A stretch of 63,770 nucleotides of DNA, counting the filler, from Octopus bimaculoides (lineage: Eukaryota), in the NCBI RefSeq assembly GCF_001194135.2. It is 6 parts of 6 records of this genome, joined end to end, with 100 filler letters (N's around TTAATTAATTAA, not from the genome) between each part and the next. Parts side by side here need not be neighbours in the genome. Positions count along the whole stretch, not along the records: positions 24,022 to 39,661 come from NC_068986.1; 5 more parts are not named here. The stretch is one strand, 5' to 3'. The notes beneath the pieces were generated by a model, which was not told the origin of the DNA, searched no databases, and was given only the letters and a program-made list of their open reading frames with translations. Position numbers and translations under genes: made by a program. Shown piece by piece: positions 24,881 through 37,230 of this stretch; the first letter of the stretch is position 1, and every line of letters begins with the position of its first letter.

Positions 24881-25947
24881 TATGACCAGTGTTGGGTATG
24901 TAGCAAGTGTATTGCTGATAGTTTAAAATCCACCAGATGAGCTGCAATCCAGCTTGATATTTTGTTTCAGAATGTGTCTTTGGGAGACACTGCTTCTGAG
25001 CTGTTATTGTCAGGCCTTTAGTTTATTCTTTCAACTTATGGACCTTAAGAGCCTGATGTTGTTCTGTTATTGGTTGCAGTCAAGTTTTTTCACTGAATTT
25101 TATGGTATCTAAGACACACTTTTTTCTTCCCCAAAATGTCCCAAAAATCACTCAGGGTAATCTTTGAGACATATATGTTAAGTATATACAACCCAGGATC
25201 ATATACTCCATAATCTCTAATGCACTAAATACTTTTTTCCTTAAGACATGCTTCTGAAAAGGTGTACATCTTATATGTCCATGCAGCTTCCTTACTATCA
25301 AATATTCTTTTAGTAGAGTATCAGTTCTCACACTCAATTTCTCTTTGTTATTAATTCTTCCTATAATTTTCTAACCTCTTTTATTGTATCTGCCCTTCTG
25401 TAATGTATGCATGTTTGGTACTAAGTGCATTCAGTGTTTCAGAAGATTCTGTGAATGGAAAATTTTTTTGTATTAAATACTACATTTTAGCACTAGGTCA
25501 GCTATGATTAAGCAGACTTGTGATCAGAGACATTCCAACCATTACTATTCTCTCTATTCAGACATAGTTTATTTCAGCTTACATCATCCAATATGTCTTT
25601 TCCATTTTTTTTTAAAGACAGTAGTGATTGATTTGACATTCATTTACCAGATGTTTCTTGCAAATTGAACATTATCTCAGAAATCTGTGATTTAACCCTT
25701 ATTAAACCTAACCTTAGTATTAACCTTTGAACACTGTCCCAAAGTCTTAACTGTCAACATTGGACCTTAACAAATAAAACCAAGACAAGTTTTCAATAAG
25801 AGATGGGACTGTACTGGTGCCATTTGCTCATTACTAATGTGTCACCGTATCTTCATGATCATGATGATGTTGACAATGTTGTTTAAAGGAAATCCTGAAT
25901 GACATTATCCAGTGTGTATTTTACTAATATGGCAGTATGTGATTTAA

Positions 25948-26500
25948 GCCTTTAGCATTCAGATCATCAAATCGTCATCGTCATTTAACGTCCATATTCC
26001 ATGTTGGCATGGGTTGGATGGTTTGATAGGAATTGGCCAGCTGGAGAGCTGTCCGAGCTCCCTGTCTGTTTTCACATGGTTTCTACAGCTGGATGCCCTT
26101 CCTAACACCTACCACTCTACAGAGTGTACTGGGTGCCTCTATACAGCACCAGCAAAGGTTCTTTTACATGGCACTGGCTTGGGTGCTTTTTATGTGACAC
26201 TGGCACTCATGAGCCTGCAATCTTAGGAACACTTGGCTGAAGAGGGATGCAGGGGAAATACCTGTCTGCAAGAATGACCACATATTTACTTAGCTTGAGA
26301 TGTCTTCTCAAATCTAATACTTACTAATTCCTATTGTTTTGAAGAAATGCTGCAATATCTTGTACTTTTGAGATTTCAATATGATTGTATATTTTTAGAA
26401 TGGCATTGTAGGGTAGTTGTAAGAGGCCAGATTTTGATACTTTGAGCATAAAACAGGGAGAATATTTGGGCTGGATATGGTTGGTTTAAATGCTAAAGGG
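25948..26500. mobile_element. piggyBac-type MITE carrying a nested family A insertion (about 25972-26312)
   Basis: TTAA|GCCTTTAGCATT … AATGCTAAAGGG|TTAA. The right half is similar to 2400-2488. Confidence 0.75.
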
Positions 26501-26711
26501 TTAAAGGAGATTGGATGTAACTTTTAGCAGGTCAAATGACTGCACAAAAGCTCACTTGTTGGCTCTTAATGACATTGTTAATGGCCATGTGATATTGATG
26601 TGATGTTATTAACTGAAGTTATTAGTGATGCTGATAATTTTTATGGTAATGGAGATATTGCTGGTGGTCTTGATGTTGATGATAACAATGATGTTGATTT
26701 TAATTGTTGTT

Positions 26712-27087
26712 GGCATTCCGTCGCTTATGACATCGAGGGTTCCAGTTGATCCGATCAACGGAACAGCCTGCTTGTGAAATTAACGTGCAAGTGGCTGAGC
26801 ACTCCACAGACCCATGTACTCCTAACATAGTTCTTGGAGATATTCAGCGTGACACAGTGTGACAAGGCTGACCCTTTGAATTACAGGCACAACAGAAACA
26901 GGAAGTAAGAGTGAGAGAAAGTTGTGGGGAAAGAGTACAGCAGGGTTCGCCACCATCCCCTGCTGGAGCCTCGTGGAGCTTTAGGTGTTTTTGCTCAATA
27001 AACACTCACAACGCCCGGTCTGGGAATCAAAACCGCGATCCTATGACCACGAGTCCACTGCCCTAACCACTGGGCCATTGCGCCTCC
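26712..27087 (-). mobile_element. tRNA-derived SINE (family 'E'), near full length
   Basis: The minus strand starts GGAGGCGCAATGGCCCAGTGGTTAGG (A box)…GGTTTTGATTCCC (B box) and ends in an AAC-type tail. A fragment of the same family lies at 60830-60895. Confidence 0.8.
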
Positions 27088-27089
27088 GT

Positions 27090-27397
27090 TGATTTTAATA
27101 GTGATGTTAAAAAGAATGGTGATGGTGATGATGGTATTGTTGATGTTGATGGTGATGTTGATGCTGTTGATAATGATGGTGAAGTGTTGGTGATGCAAAG
27201 TGATGATGTTAACAATATTGGTGATGATGATGTTCATGGTGATATTAATGTTGATAGTAATGGTGAGAATAATACTGTAGCTGTTGGTGGTGATGATAAT
27301 GTTGATAGTGAGGTTAAAGTTGTTGATGATAATGTCACTGGTGGTGTTGGTAGTGATGTTGTGATGCTTATATTGATGTTGTTGTTGTTGTTGTTGC
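27090..27397. repeat. GAT/GTT-rich low-complexity tract
   Basis: Degenerate trinucleotide array. Confidence 0.9.
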
Positions 27398-27400
27398 CAG

Positions 27401-27550
27401 AGCTCGTACAAAGAATGGACTACGAATACTCGGAGCCAGCAACCTTGCCGACAGTCCTTGGCAAATCACTGTGGACGTTAGTGAGAGACAGAAAAGTGCT
27501 ACAGTCACTGCCACCCTCACTGACACTGGATCAAACTTGGAACGCGTTTG
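27401..27550 (+). CDS. Putative internal coding exon (150 nt) of an unidentified gene
   Basis: GTTGCCAG| acceptor and TG|GTAAGT donor enclose about 50% GC unique sequence. Two frames are open. The phase 2-2 frame (ARTKNGLRILGASNLADSPWQITVDVSERQKSATVTATLTDTGSNLERV) has the more coding-like codon pattern. Confidence 0.55.
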
Positions 27551-28305
27551 GTAAGTAACTAATACTTCTTTTTTAAATAATTTTCCCCTCCCTCCCTCCC
27601 TCTCTTTCTCTATTACTTTCATCGTTCCTTCTTTACTCTTTCTAAATATTTCTCTATTTGTTTATCTACTTACTTACTTACTTAGTTGTTTCAGTCATTT
27701 GACTGCGGCCATGCTGGAGCACCACCTTTAGTCGAGCAAATTGACTCCGGGACTTTTAGAACCAATATTGAACTTTATATACCTTGGCAAACCCTGGCAA
27801 AATACCTGGCTGATGTTACAAGCAGTTGCCTTTACCTTCCATTTCCAATAAAACCACTAAAATTTGCTTTTCCACATATCCCCTACCACCTTCTTTAATA
27901 TGACAGTCAAAAATAAACAGTAAATGCAAAACTGTTAGTATAAATCAATACAATGAAATTTTCACTTCAAAATACTATATTCCATGAACATGGTTAAATA
28001 AAAGCTTATTACAAAATAAGCATCAAAGTTTAAAATAACATAAACCACAGTTATTTTTGCACCATCCTAATATATATATATATATATATCAAAGAGTAAA
28101 TGTAGTGAAGTAGATATGACAAGCTGTGAGAAAGAGAAAACTCGATACATTTGTAGAGTAAAAATTTTATTGTGGGTATTGGAAAGCTGATTGCCTCACA
28201 GTGAATAGTAGTTTCATCCTTGACAGGAATCTTTTGGTTATACATACAATATATGTTTTTATATATATGTATATGTGTGTGTGTGTGTGTGTATATATAT
28301 GTGTA

Positions 28306-28337
<32 letters not shown>

Positions 28338-29447
28338 CACATACATATATACATATATATATTTATTTTTATATATATAATGTATGTATGTGGTATGGTT
28401 GCTGTCTGATGACTGAAACAAATAAAAGATAAGTGCATAAGCATACATGTGTATATATATATATATAAATGTGTGTGTGTGTGTGTAGGTGGGGGTGCAC
28501 TCTTCCCTCAGCAACAGAATTAACATTTTTTTGCCTAGTCAAAATAAAAATGATAATTATTATAGATTTCCTCCCTCCCACTTCCTTATCTGTTCTCATT
28601 AGTTTCATCATAATTTCAAGGTCTCATTTAGTTTTTTTCTCTCATTCCCCGCCCCTTATCCTATTTTTATTTAATTTTCTTTTTACAAAAATAGAATATA
28701 CCGATAATTACATTTTTTATGATTTTATTTTGTTTTCATTGGTTTGAAACCAGTTTTTGCTTTTGTTATTTTTTTAGATTTTTAGATTTCATTTCTTTAT
28801 TGTATTTTCGTATTTGCTTTTCAATTTCTGTCTGTGTGTCTCAGTAGGTTTGTTGATTAAATTAATTATGTTTCAGGATTTTGTCAGGATATAATAAGAT
28901 TGGTGGATGGTTAGATGGGGAGAAAGTGTGAGAGAGGAGGGTGATGAAGGCTGTGATAAAGGGAGAGTCGGTTGAGTAAGAAATATAGGAAAGGAGAGAA
29001 TGAGTGACCGAAAGAGAAGGGATATGATTGAGAAAGAATAATGACTGAGAGAAAAAGTGGGTGGGGGTAGAGAGAGAAAGAGAGCAGAAGCTGGAAGAAA
29101 GGAAAGTGAAACAAAAATAAATGAGAGTGGAGGGGAGAAAATGAGTGGAGAGATGAACAGATTAGAGAAAGAGAGACAGAATAGTAAGGAGAGAGAGATT
29201 GAGGGACAGTTATGTGTATGTATGTCTGTGTGTGTATAAATATATGTATGTATTTATATGTATATATACATGCCTTTATAAGTACACATTTACATATCTA
29301 CCTATATATGTGCATGTGTGTTTGTGTGTACGTGTGTACCTTTGGCCAGAAGGTCTGATGTGTATTATGCATGTATATGGGTGTGTGTGTGTGTATGTAC
29401 ACATGTATATGTGTGTGTGTGTGCATATATGTATATGTATATATATA

Positions 29448-29490
<43 letters not shown>

Positions 29491-30345
29491 NNNNNNNNNN
29501 NNNNNNNNNNNNNNNNNNNNNNNNNNNNNNNNNNNNNNNNNNNNNNNNNNNNNNNNNNNNNNNNNNNNNNNNNNNNNNNNNNNNNNNNNNNNNNNNNNNN
29601 NNNNNNNNNNNNNNNNNNNNNNNNNNNNNNNNNNNNNNNNNNNNNNNNNNNNNNNNNNNNNNNNNNNNNNNNNNNNNNNNNNNNNNNNNNNNNNNNNNNN
29701 NNNNNNNNNNNNNNNNNNNNNNNNNNNNNNNNNNNNNNNNNNNNNNNNNNNNNNNNNNNNNNNNNNNNNNNNNNNNNNNNNNNNNNNNNNNNNNNNNNNN
29801 NNNNNNNNNNNNNNNNNNNNNNNNNNNNNNNNNNNNNNNNNNNNNNNNNNNNNNNNNNNNNNNNNNNNNNNNNNNNNNNNNNNNNNNNNNNNNNNNNNNN
29901 NTATATATATATATACAGGAGTGTGTGTATCTATGCTTTTATGGAAACAATGGGTGATAAAATACTACATTAAGCATGGTATAGATTGTTTCCCAGTGGT
30001 TCTCAAAGAGGTCAGAATTTTAAACTCCAACTTCTTCATCAGGAGGAGATAGTCCAGAAGTTAAAAAGTCAACTAGAAGAATGATTGAAATTGAATGGGT
30101 ATGGAAGGAGAAAGAAATACAAAAGATAATCATTGCAAGGAATATAAAAAGTTGCATGCATGCATGTGGATGTACAATTTACATGATATAATCAAGTCTT
30201 AACATTACAGCTGTTTCAAATGATCGATGAATGGTTTATAAAACAATGCATATTATGCAAGCAGGTGCAATACTTAAAAAATATTGTAGATATGCATAAA
30301 AGCATAGAAAGGTATCAACTAGCATGGATTTGGATAGTTCCATGC

Positions 30346-30387
<42 letters not shown>

Positions 30388-32053
30388 AAGAAAGACAAAT
30401 AGACAGACAGAAGAAATGTTTAAGCTAATTTACGTTGGCCCTGCCATTGATAAAAAGGTATCTAACATATACCTACAACAATTCATTTACACAATAAGAC
30501 TTTGAAGAGCTAGAAACCTTGATGATATATTTTACATTTACATTTCTACTGTTCTGAATAAATTGCTGGGAGCTTATGTATTGTCTTGGGTCTTGAACTT
30601 CCATTGAAACTGTAGAGACACCGTTGTAACAAATTAATAATGAATAAAGTGTAGGAACATGTATGAACATACTTGAAACCCTTGCTTGGAAAAATATAAC
30701 TGGGAATAGCTGTGTTTGAATACAATATGTGTAAGGGAAAAGCTGTTTCTCATATATCTTATAATAATTCTGTTTGTCATTGTATTACTTAGCCTGTTGG
30801 TAATGCTTTCAGGTGATTGGAGAAAAAGAGGAAGGGAGGGAGAAAAGAGGGCGAGAGAAGCATGTGTGACATTAGGTAGAAAGAATGAAATTGTAACACT
30901 TTTATGTGATTAGTTAAAGGGAAAGAGAGGAGAAAGAAAAAGGAGGGGGAAAAGAGGATAAGGTGAAGAGTGAGACAGAAGGAGGAAGAAAGAGAAAGAG
31001 GGAGAGAAGTGTCCAGGATGTGCGGTAAGAGGAATGTAATATTATGTGGTTAAAAATGTTAGTTGAAGGTAGAGAAGGAGAGTTAAAAATATAATTTTAG
31101 CAGAGGGGTGATGTTCTGATGGTGAAGTTAAAGAAAGGCAGAGAGAGAAAGAGAGAGAGAGAGAGGGGAGGAAGAGAAAAGGAGAGAGAAAGATGATGGT
31201 GGTGGTGGTGGTGGTGGTGGTGGTGATTGGATAGTGAAAAGTGTATTTTTTTTAATTGAACTAAGTTTTTTACATCACCTATCACTTAATGCATGCGCAT
31301 AAGTGCAATTCCATGAAATATTCACACTTATTTACATGGCAGATATGTGCAATTTAACTAAAGGTTGTGTCATGTCTACCGGATATTTTTTTGTGTTTAT
31401 AGGAAAAATGGAAAAATCAGAGTGAATATTTATTTCATGAGTACTGTGTATTAAGCCTATAAAATTGTGTATAAAGTATATAAAGTGTATATATAAAATG
31501 CATTAAGTAAACATCGTATTCCAATTTCTTTCACCTTTCAATGAGTAGCAGATGAGCGACTATCTTTCCATACAGACACAACACAGGCTACACTTTCAGT
31601 TTTTTGGATAAAGTTTTCAGAAATAACCCAATAGGTTTACAATTAATTCCTGCTAGTATGTATAAATGTGTATTTATTCACTTTTCCCCATAAGTTCTTT
31701 GTTGTAAGGACTCCAGGCTGGAGTTGCATTATCTAAATGGGGGTTTGTCAAACATTTGTAAATCTTTTCATATATATGTATCTAATACATTCTACCATCA
31801 CCTTTTCACCTATACTCCCTCTCACCAGGCCACATGTTATTGACATACATCACTTTCTCTTGACATTTCCCACCTTTATTACTATCTGTCAATCTCTTCT
31901 CTCACTCTTATAAATCTTTTTCTATCATCAGACCTTTGCTCCAATTATCTGGGTCTCTGAATCACCCTCTGGATCATATAACTTTAATGAACAGACACCA
32001 TAAAGTAGCAAGGACTTTTTTGTCTTACAGGATGCATGGCAACTTCACTAATG

Positions 32054-32103
<50 letters not shown>

Positions 32104-32701
32104 NNNNNNNNNNNNNNNNNNNNNNNNNNNNNNNNNNNNNNNNNNNNNNNNNNNNNNNNNNNNNNNNNNNNNNNNNNNNNNNNNNNNNNNNNNNNNNNNN
32201 NNNNNNNNNNNNNNNNNNNNNNNNNNNNNNNNNNNNNNNNNNNNNNNNNNNNNNNNNNNNNNNNNNNNNNNNNNNNNNNNNNNNNNNNNNNNNNNNNNNN
32301 NNNNNNNNNNNNNNNNNNNNNNNNNNNNNNNNNNNNNNNNNNNNNNNNNNNNNNNNNNNNNNNNNNNNNNNNNNNNNNNNNNNNNNNNNNNNNNNNNNNN
32401 NNNNNNNNNNNNNNNNNNNNNNNNNNNNNNNNNNNNNNNNNNNNNNNNNNNNNNNNNNNNNNNNNNNNNNNNNNNNNNNNNNNNNNNNNNNNNNNNNNNN
32501 NNNNNNNNNNNNNNNNNNNNNNNNNNNNNNNNNNNNNNNNNNNNNNNNNNNNNNNNNNNNNNNNNNNNNNNNNNNNNNNNNNNNNNNNNNNNNNNNNNNN
32601 NNNNNNNNNNNNNNNNNNNNNNNNNNNNNNNNNNNNNNNNNNNNNNNNNNNNNNNNNNNNNNNNNNNNNNNNNNNNNNNNNNNNNNNNNNNNNNNNNNNN
32701 N

Positions 32702-33225
32702 ATAGGTATGATAAAAAATTATTGGGACTGTTGCTATGGTAACAGAGCTAAAGTACGCAGAGTGAATCCATTTGGCACAGATTGACCTTGAACTCTGTCA
32801 CACATGCACACTTAGTTATAGTGTTCTTGCTCACTTTGTTGTTTATGTTAGTGCTTGGAAGTAAAATGTGTAGAGTGTGTTCGTCTCAAAAAGAAGATCG
32901 GGTTTCAACTGCACAGGATCTCTTTGATTGTGTCAAGGAAGACGAAACAAAAAAACTTCTTGAAAACGGTCATGACAAGTGACAAATAGTGGTCCTGTGG
33001 TTATGAGCCCAAAACCAAGTCTTGAAAGGAACAAAATTTCAAGACATAGAGGAAATCCAAGAGAACTTGACAAGGTAGTTGGTTGCTATCTCAAAAAAAG
33101 AGTTCCAGGAATGCTTCTAGCCACAAAAATAATGCTAGATAAAGTGTGTGGCTTCAGAGGGGGACTACTTCGAAGATTAAATGCTGAATTGACATGTGTT
33201 GTAGTTTTCTTTTTATATAGCACAG
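32702..33225 (+). mobile_element. Internally deleted mariner-type transposon
   Basis: TIR-like start GGTATGATAAAAAATTATTGGGACTG. FLKTVMTSDK*WSCGYEPKTK (the TGDETW equivalent) is joined directly to the C-terminal LKGTKFQDIEEIQ...KCVASEG.YFED. Confidence 0.65.
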
Positions 33226-33360
33226 TGTTTCCCAATCTTTTAACCCTTGTGTAGCCCTTAAAATAAATTACGCGTCTCAAGGAACCCTTGCGAAAAAAAA
33301 AAAATTACATACCATATCTTTCTCTTATTTTTTCATCATAGTTCACATGGTAGATATCAA

Positions 33361-33790
33361 GTATCATCATCATCATCATCATCCGCTTTCCATGCTAGCA
33401 TGGGTTGGACGATTTGACTTAGGACTGGTGAAATCAGATGGCTCCACCAGGCTCCAATCTGATTTGGCAGAGTTTCTACAGCTGGATGCCCTTCCTAACG
33501 CCAACCACTCCGAGAGTGTAGTGAGTGCTTTTACGTGTCACCCGCACGAAGGCCAGTCAGGCGGTACTGGCAACGGCCATGCTCAAAATGGTGCATTTTA
33601 TGTGCTACCCGCACAAGAGCCAGTCCAGCGGCACTGGCAACAATCTTGCTCAAAAATCCCACGAAGGCCAGCCAGGCGGCACTGGCAATGGTCACGCTCA
33701 AAATGGTGCATTTCATGTGTCACCCGCACAAGAGCCAGTCCAGGGGCACTGGCAACGATCTCGCTTGAAAATCCTACAACGGCCCCACAC
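33361..33790 (-). mobile_element. Repeat family 'A' with an expanded internal tandem array
   Basis: (CAT)n tail and family A body, then about 115-bp periodic units starting at 33546 and 33661 that run into a gap. Confidence 0.8.
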
Positions 33791-34949
33791 NNNNNNNNNN
33801 NNNNNNNNNNNNNNNNNNNNNNNNNNNNNNNNNNNNNNNNNNNNNNNNNNNNNNNNNNNNNNNNNNNNNNNNNNNNNNNNNNNNNNNNNNNNNNNNNNNN
33901 NNNNNNNNNNNNNNNNNNNNNNNNNNNNNNNNNNNNNNNNNNNNNNNNNNNNNNNNNNNNNNNNNNNNNNNNNNNNNNNNNNNNNNNNNNNNNNNNNNNN
34001 NNNNNNNNNNNNNNNNNNNNNNNNNNNNNNNNNNNNNNNNNNNNNNNNNNNNNNNNNNNNNNNNNNNNNNNNNNNNNNNNNNNNNNNNNNNNNNNNNNNN
34101 NNNNNNNNNNNNNNNNNNNNNNNNNNNNNNNNNNNNNNNNNNNNNNNNNNNNNNNNNNNNNNNNNNNNNNNNNNNNNNNNNNNNNNNNNNNNNNNNNNNN
34201 NNNNNNNNNNNNNNNNNNNNNNNNNNNNNNNNNNNNNNNNNNNNNNNNNNNNNNNNNNNNNNNNNNNNNNNNNNNNNNNNNNNNNNNNNNNNNNNNNNNN
34301 NNNNNNNNNNNNNNNNNNNNNNNNNNNNNNNNNNNGTGTAAAAAAATTCATCAGGGAAATTTCTATTCCCAAGAATATAATTATTCGTTAATAATGCCCT
34401 TTATATAAATATATATATATATATATATAACAAATGAGGGAAATGGAAAATGGAATTCATGAGAATCTTTATTCATCACAATGATTGTTTCAACCCAACT
34501 TGCATTGATCATTGATCCTTTGTGGTTGGGATACTATACATCTGGTTGTGTTGCATCCTCTGGTACAGATGTATCTCGTCAGGTGCTTTTTTTGAGAAAG
34601 ATACCTTGCTCAGTATACTGAGTTTCACTTATATATATAATGTATGCATGTACATATGTATGTATGTACATATGTATGTATGTACATATGTATATATAAA
34701 AGTGAACAACAGAAAGAAAGTAGCACTCAACACGTCTGGCTGGAGACTCAGCTCCACATAAATTAAGGTTTTGTAGGTGTAGAACATGTCCACATCACCA
34801 GATGTTTGTAATTAAAATGAAGAGAATTTAAAAGAAATTTAAAATGGTTTCTTGGTGGTCAGTCCAGGTCATTTTGCTATCATAGCATCTCCAGTTCTTT
34901 CATTGGAAGGTTCACATGGTGAAGTAGACAAGATGCTGATGTCGCTTAC

Positions 34950-37230
34950 TATTCAGTGACATCAGTTTTTTTACAATGGATGCTACATGTGACAGGACAA
35001 GCAAGGCATTGTTATCAGTCATCATTCTGTGATAATAGGCTGTAATCTCTACAATCAGCAAGAATTGTATATCCTGCTATTGTTCATGGGCTAGTTAGAC
35101 CTAGGGTGGTATACCCGGGTTATCAGTGGCCAATAGCTTGAAGTTCATTAACAGAGTGTACCTCTACTGAAAACGATATATGTCAGCTTTCCTATGTATA
35201 GATTTTGCTGGTTGGTGGAGTACGTGCAGTCTGACATGGAATTAGAGTTGGCAATTACCGGTTAAGTAAGGAGAGGCTCTATCAAGGATACTTCATACAT
35301 TGTTGAGGAAGTTGTTTCACTGGTCCTGGAGTCTTCAGATGTGAGTTAGCGTTTTCCTTGTTCTACACCTGAGGGAGTGCATCTTTCTTTAAAGTAATTG
35401 ATACTACATGCTCATGTTGTGTCCCATGATGCTATCATATGGGGTGTGAGTAGCTCTATAGACCATAGCCTTTGAAATACAGGATCCCACCAATGAGTAG
35501 TTGGTAGGATTTCTGTAGTCACAGGCTGGAATGTGGAGTTAAAACTGTGTAGATGTATGTTTGCTTCTGTTGTAGTATGTAATTTTGGAAGGGATATTAT
35601 CTAAGCATAAATAACTAATTTTAACTTTATGAGAATTAAAGTGTCTATAGTATCTATGAGTTCTTGGGAATAGTTTTTATTTAGTGTTGTGACACTCCTA
35701 GCTATATTAGTGGAAACATCTAAAGTGAATGGAAGGTTAGATCAGATTACCTTTCTCTTTCTAACTCGCTTTAGGATGAGATGGGGAATTCTGTTTGGTA
35801 AGGTCACTCTCCAATAGTACCTCGTTATAATGGAGCACAACTCTTCTGGAGATCTCTCTGTCCTCCAATTGATTAAGGATTCTTCTGTTGATGCCTGTGA
35901 CAAGGATTCCAATTACAACTGGGGATTGAGGTTTGGGATGTCTATGTATATAACGTTTTCTCAGTGGGTTTTCTGTAATGATAGCACTTGACTGTCTCAA
36001 AGTCTAGGGCAATGGTTTTCAACCATATTTTTACCTCTGGACTCCTTTGATTCCTATTTTACTCAGATGGCCCCTCATAGCCATTTGAGGTTTAAAATAT
36101 CCCATCATATTTTTATAATTAAATATCATAAAGAACAGTATAAAAAATATTTGATGTATTGTAGAGATATAACCGATTTATTGCATACAAATTTTAACTA
36201 CAAAACCTTATATGGACTCCCAAGGGACATGTGGATCCTGGCTGAAGACCACTGGTCTGGGGTTAAGTTCAGAAAACTGACCTTTGTCAAGTTAGTAACA
36301 GTTATATTTAGGTCAGATTCTTTGAAAATGTTTATAATATTCTTCCTGAATTTACCCATGATGTAACAATTCATATGGCTTGAGATTGCTGGACCATCAA
36401 CCCTGTACAAATCCAATTGGTGGTGGTGGTGGTGGTAGTGGAATTATGTTTTTTAAGGGTATCTGTTAGATTACAAATCCAAGTGGTATGGAGATTATTC
36501 CATTTTTAGCTTTTTCTCTTGATGTCAGCCATTTCTGAGTTTTCATGTGTGTCTCCTAAACATGAGCCAGACACATGTATGTTCATGGCAGGCATTTTCT
36601 TTTAGCTTCATAACAATGATTTGCTTCTTCGCTCCACATGCCATGACCACTACCAATAATAACAACGAAAGCAACCATAACAATGGCAGCCACAGTTACC
36701 ACCACCACTTCAATAACAACAACAACAACAACAACTACAATTTCAAATCAACCACTAACACAATCACAACGGCAAATATATCACCATAGTAACAACAATA
36801 ACTGTAAAAACTCAGCTACAAAAAACAACAAAACAACCACAGCAATGGCATCATCATCATCATCATCATCATCATAATCTTCTCCAGTAGCAGCAGCAGC
36901 CACTAAGACTCTCATTCTGTTTCTCTTTTGTACAACTAATGTTGTGGTTCAAATTCAATAGTAACCCTATCAATGGTACATAATTATCACTAGGGATTCC
37001 TCCAGACCCCCTTTTGTTATATTTACTGTTTTTGTTTAGCTCCTGTCCACCCAGAGCATATAAATTTATAGTTAAAAGGCTTCCAACTGACACCATCCCA
37101 ACTTTTTCTGTCTCAGAAACTATATTGTACAGATGTGTATCTTTCTCTTTTAAGATGGTAGGATGTAATTTGAAAGAGATCTGGCTACTATTTCGCTCAT
37201 GTTGACCTACCACTAAGCAGCTCACTGGTT
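34950..37230 (-). mobile_element. Decayed Penelope-like element (RT plus GIY-YIG), interrupted by low-complexity sequence
   Basis: Minus strand reads KLHPTILKEK...SLL...VPLIGLLLN, then DLYRVDG...RKNIINIFKESDLNITVTNLTKVSFLNLT (YRDD motif), YIHRH..PVVIGILVTGINRRI, FNSHKVKISYLC and a YIG-like motif near 35190. Confidence 0.75.
36640..36900. repeat. (AAC)/(ATC)-rich low-complexity tract
   Basis: Degenerate trinucleotide arrays inside the Penelope relic. Confidence 0.85.

Noticed and set aside
27184-27400. Asp/Asn/Val-rich N-terminal part of ORF 27184-27558
   Set aside because: It is translated GAT/GTT low-complexity sequence. Only the spliceable 27401-27550 portion was kept.
29994-30010. hAT-like terminal motifs CAGTGGTTCTCAAA here and CAGTGTTTCCCAA near 33222
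   Set aside because: No matching opposite terminus or 8-bp TSD was found, which is too little to call an element.
32730-32743. RFX X-box-like GTTGCTATGGTAAC
   Set aside because: It lies in the subterminal region of a mariner relic, and no nearby gene start supports a regulatory role.
33530-33790. Repeat units resembling a CRISPR array
   Set aside because: The units are contiguous with no unique spacers, lie inside a retroposon, and there are no cas genes in this eukaryotic context.
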